Shown one piece after another: positions 23,974 to 38,215 of a stretch of DNA of 64,000 bases. The position numbers were made by a program, and so were the translations under genes. The stretch comes from Microthyrium microscopicum (taxonomy: Eukaryota). The stretch covers positions 313,895 through 377,894 of the forward strand of contig MU004244.1 of NCBI GenBank assembly GCA_010405405.1. The letters are read 5' to 3'. A model generated the notes under the pieces. It worked only from the letters and a program-made list of their open reading frames with translations. It was not told where the DNA came from and searched no databases. Every line of letters starts with the position of its first letter. Within the stretch, counting starts at the first letter, position 1.

Positions 23974-26900
23974 ATCTTTAGTCTACGAGTCGCGTAAGGG
24001 TTGGAACGAAGTATGCGTTGCTAGGGGTGTATAAAAAGTCGTGAAATGTAATAAGCCGGCCCGCGGTCGCATCGCCAGACAAAAGTACTCGTGGAAACTA
24101 ATGAGCCAGCTAAGGTATAGCGTCGTAGAGCAAAGGCGAATCTTGTAAGCTCATGTGAACATGATCTGTGAATGCGAAGCGTTTGGTGTAAGGGAGCGAA
24201 CGAATGATGGTAGGCGTAAATGGCAAGGCACCGAGCGTCGTGTATGATCCAAGGCTATCGAAGCAGGAAGCGGCGCAAAAAACAGATATTGTGTCCAGCA
24301 ACTGAGCAGTGAAAATAGATCCGGCGCAATTGATCAAAGACTTGAAGGCAGCGTATACAGCGGAAGCGGGGATCGATTGGGGTCGAGAGCGGAGAGGACG
24401 GAGGTGAAGAAAAGCCCAAGTAGCACGTCAAGGGGCAGTTGTGGTAGAGACAGCCCTCATACACGGCAAAAAGAGAAAAAAGGTAGAGGAGTAGAGAAAA
24501 GGTCGAGGATGCTGGAGGTTGGAGGTTGAGGAGAGTATGGAGTAGAGTGTGTAGGAAGTAGCGATCAGACTCGAGACAGTGCACTTGCAGGTGGCAGTTG
24601 CAAGTGGCCGAAGTTGAGAAGGAACGAGCGCGCGCGCAAGGAAGGAGCTGCTCGGTGGGAGTTGGGAAGGAACTTTGACGTTGGATGGTGGTTGCTGCAA
24701 AAGGAAAGAGGCGCTACCAGGGGACAACTTCCAATGGAGGAAAGACCAAATGAGTATTAGAGCAACGCCGTTGGCTGTAAGAGGCGGTTTGGTGGTATTT
24801 TCTGGCAATCGATATTGATCAATGGCTTTTCGCTTTTTCGCTTTCTCTTACAATTCTTTTCAGGTTCAAAGTGCCGTAGGCATTGATGGTAGGTATGCAC
24901 TTCTTTGCTTGTTCAGTCTTGTCTTTGTGCTTGGCTGGTTGGCATGCGTGCTTGAATCGTATATCGCACCTTTATTGTCGCTTCTTTTGCTTGGAAGGCG
25001 TTGGTTTTCGTTTAAAAGTACCGCCTTGGGAGACAATTGATGTCTCTTATCACAGCAAGCTTTTTCTTTGCTTCGTTCAAGGCTCTAGCGAGAAGCGATG
25101 TAGTTGAAAGCGTGGCAATCAACGGCGGCAGTGTCAGTCAGATTGGCGTGGAAAACGTGCCGAAGAGCCTTGGTTTTAGTATGTCGGCTGAATTACAAGT
25201 TAATCAGAGGTCATTGCAATATATGCTCGAAATAAAAGACTCGGATGCGCCAGGTTAAGTTACAGCCAGAGCCACCTGTTTGTCGGAGCTCGCCTTGTCT
25301 ATCGCTGCTGGGTCGCCCGCATTGGAGCATTCATTGACTTCACACGCCGTAATAAATTCTAGATCGCCCATGCCAGTCCCGCAACAATGCCTGTGTTGCT
25401 CCTCCGTCCGCTGTGGTATGTGTATCAGCAATCCACTAGGCCTGGACGCTTTCATTATTCAACATCCCACTACCGTACCCCAGGTCTGCATACCGGTACA
25501 TTCATACACCAGCACTTGAGACTATAACCACCTCGAAGACCGCTTGACCGTCCAAGTGGACTATATCGTCAATTACAATGCGTCTTAGAGTATGGCTACT
25601 TGGCATGTCGCGACAGTTAGTAAAGTGTCTCATGGGGTTCTATCGGAGTATTACATGTGGGACTGCTAAAAGTATCATATGAAGCAACCATATATGCCCT
25701 GCTTCCATCCCAACTAGTATATTTAAGCGATTCCATGTTGGGAAATGATGCGCAATCCGCCCGCGCTCCTACGATCTTGGATGCCCGAGAAAGAGCCTCA
25801 GGGCAACTGCCAGTCTGCCAGCAGTGGCAATGTATTTTGATAGTACCGCTGTATTGGGATACGCTTGGTGTTGACTTTGAAGAATTATTAGCTATTTGGT
25901 TATATTGTATATCTCCACCATATCACGCCAAATATATAAAACATCATTCAGTGCTTCCTGGTGTGTCTCTCCTGAATCTTGGCTGGCTGCAAACTGTCAA
26001 ACTAGAAGCCGTTTTTTTACCTGGGGCTCACGCGGTCAGCCTTCTGTCAATGGTGTCAAAATGCCAGAGGCGTTGATGGCGTACATCTCAAACAGGCGAC
26101 GTCCACAAGCGATGCAGCCGTAGGCAAGCCGATCCAAACCTGTGCAGCATCGGTTGTTACATCTTTCTTCTCCTATCTCAATCTCAACCAAGGCTAAATT
26201 TTCTCCATTCTTTGCCTTCCCTTTTCACCACATCTGATTCTAACAAAGCAAAGGTTTTTCCGTCTCCAACAGAAAAACAATAACACTCGGCCATTCCGAA
26301 TGTGCAGAAGACTCGAGCCACCTTCCCCATTCGAGGCCTTTAAAACGTGGAATGGCCAAGTGTCTTGCATGTTCTAGAAGGCTGACATGCCAAATCCCGC
26401 CTAGTGTATTCTGACATGGCACGCCGCTTGGGATCTAGCTGCCACAGGAGGATTAACATTTCAATGAAGTCATTTTACCTGGCGGACCAGATACCCGTCT
26501 TTCCTGTTGTCTTTCAAGGGGCCTACACGAGCTTGACGAGGGTTGTACTCTGTGGTGGTGGGCATGATTCAACCTAATGCCCACCCCTATCCAAACATAC
26601 CTACACCATGGATCCCATTCTTTAAACCTGAAAGCCTTCACCTGAAAATCCACGAGTAGTTGTTAATGCTTGGTACGTCTTCCCGCCTGAACCAGTGGTT
26701 GGCCAAAAGCCCGTGAGCCACCTGCACAAAAGCCCGACGGATTCGTCCACTGAGAGGTGTGGAGAAATAAGAAATCAAAGCCCGTTCGTCGCTCCGTGCC
26801 CAATCGTGACATGTCCGCAGTAGCGCGATGCTTTTTTTCGACGACTGGCGTACCAGCAGCGTGGCCTTGCTACAGGCATTGTCTCCCTCTAGCTTACCAG

Positions 26901-28376
26901 TTTGCTAACCACCAACAAGCAAAAAACATCGAGGTTTGAACCCCCGTTGGACACCCGTTTTTTACCACGTTCTTGAAAACACAAACTCTAAATGTTTATG
27001 ATATGTCGACTGGATTGCCATGTTCTGACTTGGCATTGCGACCTTGTCTACGATCATCTCAAGGCTTTTGGGCATGAATGGTGATCTAGACACGGGCTTT
27101 GATCGACTGCATGTATGAAGAAAAAGCTTAAAAGCTGCTTCCTGGTAGTATGTACCGATTATATGTCTCCAAGCCTAGGAAATATCTTTAGCGAGTGTAC
27201 TTGATCGGCAAACGGTCTAGCAGAGTCCGAAACAGGTACATTTTCTTGGATGCAGGACCTCAAACATTTCCTGTTGTGGCGTTAGCTTAACCGACCTTTG
27301 AATTGGTTACCGGGTACTGATTAACTGATCGCTTCAGCATTCCCCAGGATTTCGAAAATGTCACCATAATCCTCCGGTTTCTCGATCGGTGATTGGATGC
27401 ATGCGACATCTGCATGTCGAATATTCCGGATCCTAAACATCAGGCCGCTGACACTTTGAATGAGTGACATGGAGCATACGTAAGGAGTGATGTTGCCGAT
27501 TTGCATGCCAGCCATGAGATCTATTATTGTGCAGTGTGGCTTTCAAACAATTCGATGTTTCAGCTTTGTGAATGAGTAATTGGTCAAGATGTAGTTGAGA
27601 ATGCTCGATTATATGTGCTGTTGTCAATGCTTTTAAGATTCTCTCGATCATTACGTGGCTTATATATTGGCAGGATGAGGTGTGTTCAAATATGGAAAGT
27701 ACTTGTACTTGTTGCCAATCTGTTAGTGAAAGCTTAATCCGTAGAAGTCGACTGCATAGATTCATCAAATATCCGCAAGCAAACACATGCATCACACTTA
27801 AAGCATAATAGTTGTAAATAAGTTGTCCGGACCTAAAAGATAGCGCAATACAACCATATTCGACGTTCTTAATCTTGACCGTGACTATAATGATAGAGAC
27901 TGACCTTCTATCTTGACAAACCAAAAACGTGTAGGTCCCTAAGCCAGATACCACTGGCCAGATCAAGGTAAAAGCTATTAACTTTTCGGAATTTGGGTAC
28001 CAAAATATGACAAGCAAGCAAGCATTAAGATTGTTCTTTCGTCACTTGTGATGCCGCATAATATGGTCAAACTATGGCAAAATCAATCTGAAAACACCTC
28101 GCAAGGCCAGTCAAAGGACCTTGTGAGGTTGATGGACATTACAGAGTAGCTCAGGATTATACAGCCTTGTTGGTGGGTCTCTCAGCCTTGCGCAGATTGA
28201 CAGTCATCGGAAGTCGCCGGGCCTAACTTCACTTTGTACTCCAGTCATCTTTCCCCACCAGTCTTCATCCTACTCACTTTTTTATTTTGCTTACAGCTGC
28301 ATTTATTGTCTATATATTTCTTGATCGCATCAGCATCTACGCCCCATTATACATCATACCCATACTATACTCCAAC

Positions 28377-29291
28377 ATGTCCGAACCCACCAAAATCTAT
28401 GTCACCTATAATGAGGTACGTCGTCTTCTCCCCCTTGAGCATACTTTCGGAGCCTACCATCCGCCCTGTACGATCGCGCCGTCGTGCGACATTCAGAGCA
28501 TGTTTCACTGGCCATTCTGCTAACGCCCTTCGCCACAGGTACACAAGATGTGCCAGGAGTCGGCCTCCAAGATCTTGGATACACTCAAACCAACACTCAT
28601 AATTGCCATCGGAGGTGGTGGCTTCATACCAGCTCGTATTCTAAGGTACCAACAATGTGGAGAAGATCCAAGGGCAATAGCGCTGATCTGCTTGTAGAAC
28701 GTTCCTCAAGAAGCCTGGTAGCCCAAATATCCCCATTCAAGCCATCGGACTCTCTCTATACGAGACACTCGGCGGAGACGGCCCCATCGAAGAGCCTGGC
28801 ACCAAGGTTACGCGTACACAGTGGATCGATACAAGCTCCCTTGAGAGTGCTAGTCTTATAGGCAAGAACATTCTGATCGTGGATGAAGTGGATGATACCC
28901 GAACTACATTGGACTACGCGATAAAAGAGCTGCAAAAGGACGTAGACAAGGCAGCTGCCCAGTCGGGTCGATCGGGTGAAGAAACCAAGTTCTCGATCTT
29001 CGTTCTGCACGTAAGTTGAGGCAGTTGTTTGCAGAACTAAGGTCTCACATATTATAGAACAAGGACAAGCCAAAGAAAGGCCACCTGGACGAGAAGATAG
29101 TCCCACCAAATCGCTATCTTGCGGCAGTCACCGTGGAAGACGTTTGGATATGTATGTTCCTTTCCGATATGCCATTCCCTGTCTCCCAAACTAACAATCA
29201 TGCTCTAGGCTATCCCTGGGAAGCGCCCGATATTGACGAGCATGACCGTCTGGCTGCGACTACTTCCAACAAATCCCTGAACGGGTCGTAA
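28377..29291 (+). CDS. HPT1: Hypoxanthine-guanine/xanthine phosphoribosyltransferase (yeast Hpt1/Xpt1 type)
   Basis: KIYVTYNE|VHKMC, IAIGGGGFIPARIL, PRPP-binding ILIVDEVDDTRTTL, VLH|NKDK, C-terminal WI|CYPWE; four introns. Confidence 0.93.
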
Positions 29292-29510
29292 CGCATTGGT
29301 CTCCCGGAAGAGACTTTGAAATAGAGCATAGACGAAGGATCTGGAAAACGTTTCAGTACTGCCTCGCGCAAAGGGCATGCACTAGGAAAAACTTACGATT
29401 TAGGATATCAATGAATGATAATGTTAACGCATTGAATTTCAACCTTCACACCAATTCTTCGCGATATGAAAGTTGTAAAAAGGGATTATATTTTGTCTAG
29501 ACATTGGATA

Positions 29511-31557
29511 TTACCTTTTACATAACACTCCCCCTTGGTAATATTGCCACTCTTCTCCTCCAACGCATTGCTTACACCAAAAGACTCCAGATGGATCCAT
29601 CCGTCTCTTGATTGATAGCAACCTTGCGTAATTCTCTCCCCAAAATGCCTTTTGGATACCCTCAGTCTCTGGATCCGCTTCGTTGACATACATCCCCATA
29701 TCCGGATTCAAGCTCGCCAGACTCTGCGTAAATTTTATCGCCGCAGCTTTCCTCTTCGCCAATGTATTCTCGTTATCTCCCTGCCATTGCAATTCTGCCG
29801 CCGGTCGAACCAGCGCAGTCCTCCAGCCTTGTCCCACGGAGTTGCCTCCGCCTCTCATAAACGGCGGCTTCGCACAGCCTGGCCCTCCCGTAAAGTCTTG
29901 GTATATCATACTGTCTGTATCGCTCGCGCCCATGAGTGCCGTCTGCAACTTCGGACTATTCAATTCCCGTGCGCCATACAGCCAGCTGGCCACGATCTTA
30001 TTTTGCCCATTCCCTGGAAATGTGCGACTGCCTGTGGCGCTCATACTCGGCCCATCGTTTGCTGTCATCGGTGATCCGGGTCGACTTGCTGCTCGCGCGC
30101 GATATGTGCCTACGCCAGACATTTCTCCGCCTGCTGCGCGCGTCTGTCGCTCGACCGATGTCATGATAGTGGTCAGTTCTCCTTCTGTTCTCGCGCCGGG
30201 CAAGTATATTTGAACGGTAACTTTGCCTTCGCGCCACGCGTGGCCGGTCACATAGCCGGTCGCTCCAGCGGGTGCGAGGTACTTGGCCCAGGCGGAGTGG
30301 AAGGCGGATATGGCAGCCCAGCTACGATTCGAACCAGCAGGACCGTGGATTGTGCCGCGCCAGGTAGCCTGACCTACGGAGGGGAATGCTCTCATGGTGA
30401 CTCGCATCATCACGCCCCAGGTACCGCCGCCGCCCTGAGAAGATATGTTAGAATAGGCAGAAAGAAACAGATCCGGGAAGAACATACACCACGGACCGCC
30501 CAGAAGAGATCTTTGTTCTGGCATTCATTCGCAATGAAGACTTCGCCCGTAGGACCAACCATCTCAACCTCAAGAACAGCATCAGCAGCCAACCCATATA
30601 AACCTATCACATCCATCAGCAACTTTCACATCACAGCTTTAATCAGAACCAAGACACATACCAGACAACGTCGAATGTCCACCACCCGAAACATACCCAC
30701 CCACACTAACAGTGTTACTATTCCCATGAATAACACTCGTCCCATGCCCGTTAACAAAATGATTCAACTTCTCCATCTGCGTCCCACCCCCCGCACTAAC
30801 CGCCGGCCCCTTGATCTCAAACCCACAACCCTCCGGCCTAAACCCCTCCGCATGATAAACCCGTCTCTGCAAATAATGCACCCAAATACTCAAACTATAC
30901 GGCTGCGTACTCCGTCCCAAAAAGTCATGGCCAGTACTCTTCACGCTCACTCGCACATTATTCTTGTTCGCCCATTGCACTGCGAGACCCACCTGTCGAG
31001 AGTCGGTGGCGTTGATGACATACACGGGGAAACCGGCGGTGGTGCAGTCGCGCGCGGTGTCGGTGATCTCGCAGCTGTAGCCGTTGACGTTGGTCCAGAG
31101 ACTGCTGGTCGGGTGGTGTGCGTGGAACTCGGAGGAGGCCCAGTTGGCTTTTATGTTGGTGCAGCGGGCGGCGTTGTAGGATGGGTGGGTGCGGTGGCAG
31201 GCGGCGGCGAGGGGAGCGGGTTCCAGGAGACCGCCGCCGATTAGGGTGTTGAGAGCGGACCACTAGGAGATGATGTTAGTGAGAAATGTGATGATTGTGT
31301 ATGAGTATTGAAAGGCTGCTGGAGGAGGGATTGGGACGAGAAGATGTTGCTGCCACAATCCGTGGTGGTACATGGACGATATCGTGAAGAGTTGAATTTG
31401 TATAAAAACCACTTACATCGGCTCGTGATGGCCAATCTGGCCGTGTAGGATGTGCTTTACATGTCGCCGCAGCATCAGCAGTGGCATTTTGAAAAGCAGC
31501 AGCAAAAACGACCAAGAAGATACTCCAGACGATAGGGAGCAGCGATATGGCGAGCAT
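29511..31557 (-). CDS. Secreted FAD-linked oxidoreductase (BBE/VAO family)
   Basis: Signal peptide, CKAHP..WP, VKSTGHDFLGRS (FAD-linking His), GGYVSGGGHS, DLFWAVRG|GGGGTWGV, YVNEAD...FWGENYARLLSIKRRMDPSGVFWC (BBE domain). Confidence 0.92.
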
Positions 31558-33064
31558 GTTGCAAAGACTTGATGATAGATGGCACCTCAATTGCCCACAC
31601 AAAACTACAGAGATGTCGTAAAGAAACTCCTCATACAAGTAAGTCCAGCCAGAAAAAATAAATGAATGATCATAGCGCAGGTCCTATATTTGATCACCAC
31701 GCAGATGCCAGGAAGGGGAAAAAAAGGCCTATAGATGGACTACCAGATCTCCCCTAGCACGGAAGCTAAGATTGCAACACACTTGATCTGAACAAAGCCC
31801 AAACCTATCCCACGGCGAACTGCAAGAGAATCCCAGAAACCTATCATCGGATGACCGGGCCTAATGGGTAGAGCAAATGGCCCGTAGCACTGGAACAAGT
31901 AAGAGTTGCGGCTATAACTGCTAGCGATGATCGGGGAAAGAGAAGTATATGGTGCCGACCATAGATCGCGTGGTAAAATAATTTAGCATGCCAGATAAAT
32001 AGTACTAACTCGATATTAAATGAAGAATAAAGAAAGTGAATGTGGTTGGTGTATTGGGTGGTCCCATCTGGCAGGTTTCGAATATATGGCAGAATGACCA
32101 CTCTAGATGCTAGATAGATATCGGCAAGACCTGGTATCAAATCATTGTTTAAGGGTCCTGTATATATCAGATCTTGGTGGGGAATACTTTAAAACATATT
32201 CTAAAGCAGGGTTCGAAGGTTCATCAGAGCTTCAATACTTTACTGGGAGGTGTGGATTAAGGTTTTGATAGGTGCTCACATCAATTGTGGGTGTAAGCTG
32301 GGAGATTGAACCTGCTTGAAATAACTTTAAACATATCGTTAAAATCATGCGGGGTGGCAGCCCAGGTTGAGCCTTGTGAAGGTTATTCAGAGGCGGTTTA
32401 TACGGGAATTTCTTGATCGTACCGGGAAGTAGCAGGTAGTCCAACAACGATAATGTCTAGGCTATCATGGGTATTAGCTAGTCATTAAGATCGAAGACAA
32501 AAGGAAGCAGGCGCATACCTTAGTACCAACAACGGGCTACCAAAATACATATCACGAAAGAGACGAAACTCATGGAAATCACGAACAAGACACAAAAACT
32601 TCCACCAAGCACATACTATTACCACCAGCCCGTGTCATACACACAAAGCCAGCACCCTACATAAATAATCATCTCATCGTTCTTTCCTACCCCAGTTTTC
32701 GACAACCATCACAAGTACTCCTCATCACAGTAACCCGATATCAAATCCACAAAGACCAGAGCCCATTCCTGCCAAGCGTGAGCAAAGCGTGGGCAACAGG
32801 CATACATCAACTGAAGCAAAGAACAATAATACACAAAGAGGCAACCAGTGCCAACGCCGGTTTTTCATGAATGTGGTTCTTTCTACAACGAAAAAACCAT
32901 AGAACATACACAGAGTTCCGCTCATCGCAAGCTAATGCAGAGGGCAAGAAAGACAAATAAAGGTTTTGGCGCTATGGGTATAGAAGCAGAAGCAGAAACA
33001 GAGGGGTGAAAGTTTTTATGCAAACATCGACATTTTCGTCGATGCTATTGAGGTTCAAATACAT

Positions 33065-36000
33065 TTAAAAAGTCTCGCTGCCATCAAGAGATGTGCGGTA
33101 AGTTTCGTAGCTCACTGAATAGGGACGTTAGTGTTTGAGATCAATTGGTGTGGTGGAGGCTGAGGACTTACCAGGACTATCTGGTGGCTGAGGAACTGGC
33201 TTGCGTTTGCTTGCTGCGCTGCCTGATCGTGGCATGTCGCGTGGACCTGTTGGCCGACGATTGAGAGAGGATGAGCCTGTTGGGCGAGGTGAGGGTGTCA
33301 TGTCGTATCGTGTGCTGCTGCGATCGGTTTCTAGGCTCTTACGCACTTCTTCGATTGGCTCCAAGGGACTGGCGATGTGCATGCCCGAATTCATCATTGG
33401 GACACCATAGAGCGAGTAGCTTTGCTCAGAGCTCTGGAACGGAATCTTTGGTGGAACAAGGGGACCATCGTCGGGTACTCTTGCTGAACGATAATGTTGC
33501 ACTTCTTCTGAAGCCGAGTGTTGACTGTCGCCGTCTTCCGATTGAAGTGGAGAGAGGCGTTGCATACCGCTATCAGCAGAGAATCGGCTTCGATTGGCTG
33601 CGAGAGTTGGGGCAGATCCCCAACGGTCGGCATCTGGTGTAGGAGGATTTTGGAATTCCATAGCTTGAGACTCTAGATTGTTGCGGTGAAGGAAGGTAGG
33701 ACCTGGCTTTGGCTGAGGATGTACCATGTTCTGAGAGTTTCGGTGGACCTGGTATTTGGGATCTTGGGAGTTGCGACGATAGTCATGATCATCGTAGTCA
33801 TAGTCATCCTCGTCAAAGTCATCCTCGGGCACCAAAGGAGATCCGCCGCGATGCGCGCCAGTCATGGCATAACGGTCATCAACCAAAGAGCCTTGTGATG
33901 GCATACGATCGTCTTGATCAAGCTCATAATTGTACTCGTCCAAGTTTGAGCCAGACCGGGATGCGGCAGAATAAGGTCGCTGCTCTTTTTTCTGAGCACT
34001 GTTTCTGGCACTATTATCTGGAACCGATGAGGCAGTAGTTTTAGACCAACGCGAGATCTTGTTGAAAATGGACGAGCCACTCTTGTGCTTGCCTCGAGAT
34101 TTGTCTGTCTTTGGTGTAGGCTCGTAGCTTTGAAACTGCCCAGTTTGCTCAGGAGGTGTTTCCAAGCCTACATCCCGTTGTCCAAATTTGGGTGGAGTGC
34201 CCAATGAACGCACTGCGTACTGGTCATCTCGTGGGGCATACATTTCTTCAGCATCCTCATCACCTTCAAGAACTGTGCTGATCCGGTTACCGTCGGATCC
34301 TCGCCGAGCATCATAGCCAGAATGCATTCCAGTCAATTGTCTAGAGGAAGGATTCGACAGATGGCCAGATTGAGCAGGACTAGAGTTCGTGCCGGCGCGA
34401 CCTTCAGGTTCATAGCCTGGGTCAGGGACTGCTCGAAGATGCTCATAGGAGTTCAGGCTAGCCGTCTGGGTTGGTGGCTGAGATTGTGAAAGAGCCTGGG
34501 CTTCTTTGAGTCCTTCAACTTCGCTAAGAAGCGTCATAAGCATATCCTCAATCTTCCCAAGGTCGTTAGTGCTGCGCATGCTCAAGCCCTTGAATGCTCG
34601 TCGAAATACGTTCTTTTTCTTGGCGCTAGGATCTTCATTCTCGTCTATTGATCGTCGGGGAGTTCGTGGTGATCCGGTTGGCATGGGACGAGGCCCGCTA
34701 ATAACGCGCTGAACAGTAGTATCGTGAGAACGTTGAGCGTGGCTCATAATGATGCGATCTTGCTCGGCAATGTATCGCTTCATCTCTGCAAAGTTGTTGC
34801 GCATTTCAGCGGCAGTGCGGACGAGTGAGGTGAGAATTTCAGTATCGACAGCATTTTTCTGACCGTCACGCACATGTAAATGATCCATAAGAGCAATAAT
34901 GTCCTTGGATTGAATTCGATCCATTCCCTTGCCAGTTGCGCTGTCGTAGAGGGGAGAAGCCATTCCATGAGAAAGACCACTTTCATGGCGAAGATGTTTT
35001 TGAGTCATGAAAGGGTTTTCCTCTTCAGCTTCGTCGTCGAATTGCATGTCATAGTCATCAATGTCGCGCTGAGGGATTGGGTTGGGAATTGGTGACATGG
35101 CAGAAATGTAACCTTCATCACGTTGTGTCGGGCTGTTATTGAACCGTGGCTGAAGTGGTCGTTCCGCAGCTATATCTCTTGACTCCATGAGCTCCTCATC
35201 CTCGAGCTCCTCTACTGATGGTTGATAATATTTGGCTCTGTTTTCTGGTGTACCTCCAATGGCAACACCCAGGCCGGCTGCTGCGACTGCAGCTCCAGTG
35301 CCAGCCAATGCCACGTTCCGAAGGCGATGACTATCATGCTGCTCCATATTAGGAGTTGGTTCGTAGGAAGACATTCCTCCAAGACCTTCTCCCAGTTTGC
35401 CGCTGAGAATGGACGGATTGGTGATCACATCGTCTTCATCATCATGGCCGAATCCTATTTCGGGAATGTCGCCAGGGATTGGAACATATGTGCCAGAAAT
35501 CACTGGCCGGTCGTCAATCGATCGTGTTTCGCTTTGAGCTGGTGACTCCACTCTGGTAGTCATGGCCATTGCTCGATCTCGAATAGCTTCCCAACGCTGT
35601 TTGCTGTCTCCGAACCCTCTGGACTCTGGTGGGCCTTGATATGCCTCTTGATCACTAGCCAGAGTGCCCCGTCCTGGACTGAATGCCTCTCTGTCGCGAA
35701 AAGTGTCTGTCTGTAATGAATGACCAGGCCTCAGAGGGCTCGACTTTACAGATGAGTGGATGCTGATGTTGGAAGGATCCTGGAGAGATGCCACAGCAGA
35801 TTCGGCAGCTGGAGGAGTATGTACGTAGCGAGGCTTTGAACCAACATATTGAAGGTCTTGCTCGAGTCCAGAACTTTCGAGGCCAGAATGGTCTTCGGTC
35901 ACATAACTGTTATCGGTGTACATCGTGTCACGATGATGCCCTAAATCAGAGTTGATGACACTATCGCCTTCAATTTCTTTCCGATACATGTCGTTCTGCG

Positions 36001-38215
36001 CATGTTCTCGTTCCAGCCATTGATCCAAGTCATCACCTCTTGGAGTTTCGGGGCTATACTCGTCCTCAGGTAAGATCTCAAATCCACGTTCCAAGTTGAT
36101 GCCATCAGGACGTTTCTTTCCAAGATGGGCACTGGGTGAGGATGCTCCAGAGACAGGTGGTGAGGCAGATTTGCGGCCCTTGCGCTCAGAAGAGAGCGAA
36201 TGAGTGCTCCGAATGGATCTCACACGCGGGTGTTCAGCAATCTCGATACTACTACGACGAAGGCTTGAATCACTTTGCACCGGGCTCAAATTGCGAGTTG
36301 GCGTCTTGAGATGTTCTCGAGAATGTCGATGATGTAATGCCGCCGCAGTAGCTGCCGCGGCTGCAGCTCCAAGTCCAGTAGCAGCCAGTCCAGAATGCGA
36401 ATGATCCTCATCGTCTTCATAAACGCCGTCAGGTATGGTGTTGTGTTGGGAGAATTCTTCATGGTGTTCTTCGGTAAAAGGAGACTTGAGAGATTGTCGA
36501 GTTACTGGTGATCTCATTTCCCGTGGTGATCTACGAGCGACTTCGCGCAACTCTCTAGTCGGTGTTGCCGTTCTACGGCTAGACCGAGAAGAGGGGCGGT
36601 CAGTGAATACTTCAGATCGCAGAGAATCGCGGGTAACGTCTGAAGATAACGTGCTCTGCATAGGCAGTGGAGGAATTTCAGATGTGTCTTCGACAAAGCG
36701 ATGACCGGAGTGCTCTTCGGTATGGTTTTCAGTGACGCTTGCCGCTCGACTACGACTCTGACTCTTGCTGCGCCGCTTCTTGCGGTCTTTGTCCAAGGTA
36801 GAAGATGAACTATGATGCTTCAATGCAGCTGCACCCCCGAGGCCAACAAGAGCAGCAGCCGCAGCGCCTGCCATTAGTCCCTCCTTGGAGTGTTTCTTGC
36901 TCCCACTACTTCGGCGTCGGCCATGACTATCACGTACAGCAGTGTCCGAACTTCGCTCGGATACTGAGTCACGGCTAGAACGACGAGATGTACGTCGGCG
37001 CTCTGAGCCTTCTGTATGGATTACTCCTTTGTCGTCTGCAATGATGTCTGGTTTTCGGCCTGCAACACTAGGAAGACTGGAAGATTTCGAAACTCGACGT
37101 TCTTCATCTCGTCGAGATGATGTAACAGAAGATCTCGACCCAGACATATCTTCGAACTTTTGACGATTCTTCATGGCTCGTTGCTCCTCCTTGACCGCGT
37201 TGAGTTCCGGGAGAATGAGCTTTTTGATAGCGTCCTCAACAGCATTTAGGAGTTTAGGATTGTTGATTGAAGATGACGAAACTGCAGACCTAGAACTGAC
37301 AGTACTAATCTCAGAAGGATGCAAGTTTGGTTCTTTGTCGTCACGAACTTTGCTTGACCGCGATTTGCTGGAGCGGTATTCCTCTGCAAGAAGTTCTTTA
37401 CTAACACTTCTGCTTCGGCTACTGCGCTCGGATCCAACAGAGCCTTTTCGGCGGCTAGAAGACTCTCGGATTCTGACGCCAGGATCTTTTTGCAATTTTT
37501 CCATGACTCGTTGGGTTATTCGTTCTTTACTACCGCTTCGACTGCGGCTTCGAGAAGGAGCTTTGAGCGTATCGCGCGTGGTGACCTGTTCCTTTTCGGC
37601 GCTACGGCGCTTCTTGGGACTATAAAGTCTAGAGGTCGACATATCCATCAAACTATCGGGTGGCATGCTTGAGATATCCGATGGTGGTACAATGACCCGA
37701 CTCAGGTTGGATTGGGTGCCAAGATCAGAATAATCAGTCTGGTCGTGTAACACTTCAACCTCAACAGGTGGTCGGGTAGATGAAACGTCGGAGCCGGATG
37801 AAATCTCTATGGATTCGTTGTCTCCAGAAGGCAGGGAAATACGGCGAACTGCTGAAGGTCGTCCTTTCCGGTTTGTTTCTGAGATTTGAATATGGTCCCG
37901 TCCTTGTTTAGATCTACGAGAGGCCGATGGAGTAACACGAACACGTAGACTGGGTCTTGATGTAGGACTGCTACCGTTTTGATTGCCCTCAAAGTACTCT
38001 ATAAGCAGCGACGTAGATGAGTCTTTCTTCTTGTCGGCTCTTTTGGTTGTAATTGTAACAGGAGAACCGTCCTCTGGTATGGTCCAGTGTGTCTTATCGG
38101 TTCGATGGGAGATGTTGGTAGCAGTGTCGTCGCTCACACCGAGTGCGCTGGTGTTGTCGGCAGAGCTTATGTCTGTAGGGGCAGGAAGAGGAGGTCGACG
38201 AGAATCGACCCCCAT
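33065..38215 (-). CDS. Very large (~1700 aa) Ser/Arg-rich disordered protein with short coiled-coil islands
   Basis: 5-kb uninterrupted ORF; structured-looking islands SLLIEYFEG, NPKLLNAVEDAIKKLILPEL, DIIALMDHL...EILTSLVRTAAEMRNNF, KIEDMLMTLLSEVEGLK; terminal intron (~33115-33171) gives last exon VSYETYRTSLDGSETF*. Confidence 0.85.

Noticed and set aside
26930..26963. CGAGGTTTGAACCCCCG...TTTTTT resembling a tRNA T arm plus terminator
   Set aside because: Loop is TTTGAAC rather than TTCRA, the stem has a mismatch, and no D arm, anticodon arm or matching acceptor strand was found upstream.
27433..28017. 194-aa minus-strand ORF upstream of HPT1
   Set aside because: Non-ATG start, AT-rich random-looking composition, no motifs.
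30210..31244. 344-aa plus-strand ORF
   Set aside because: Antisense shadow of the GC-rich BBE-like oxidase exons.
32208..32220. GGGTTCGAAGG, B-box-like
   Set aside because: No T stem or cloverleaf around it.
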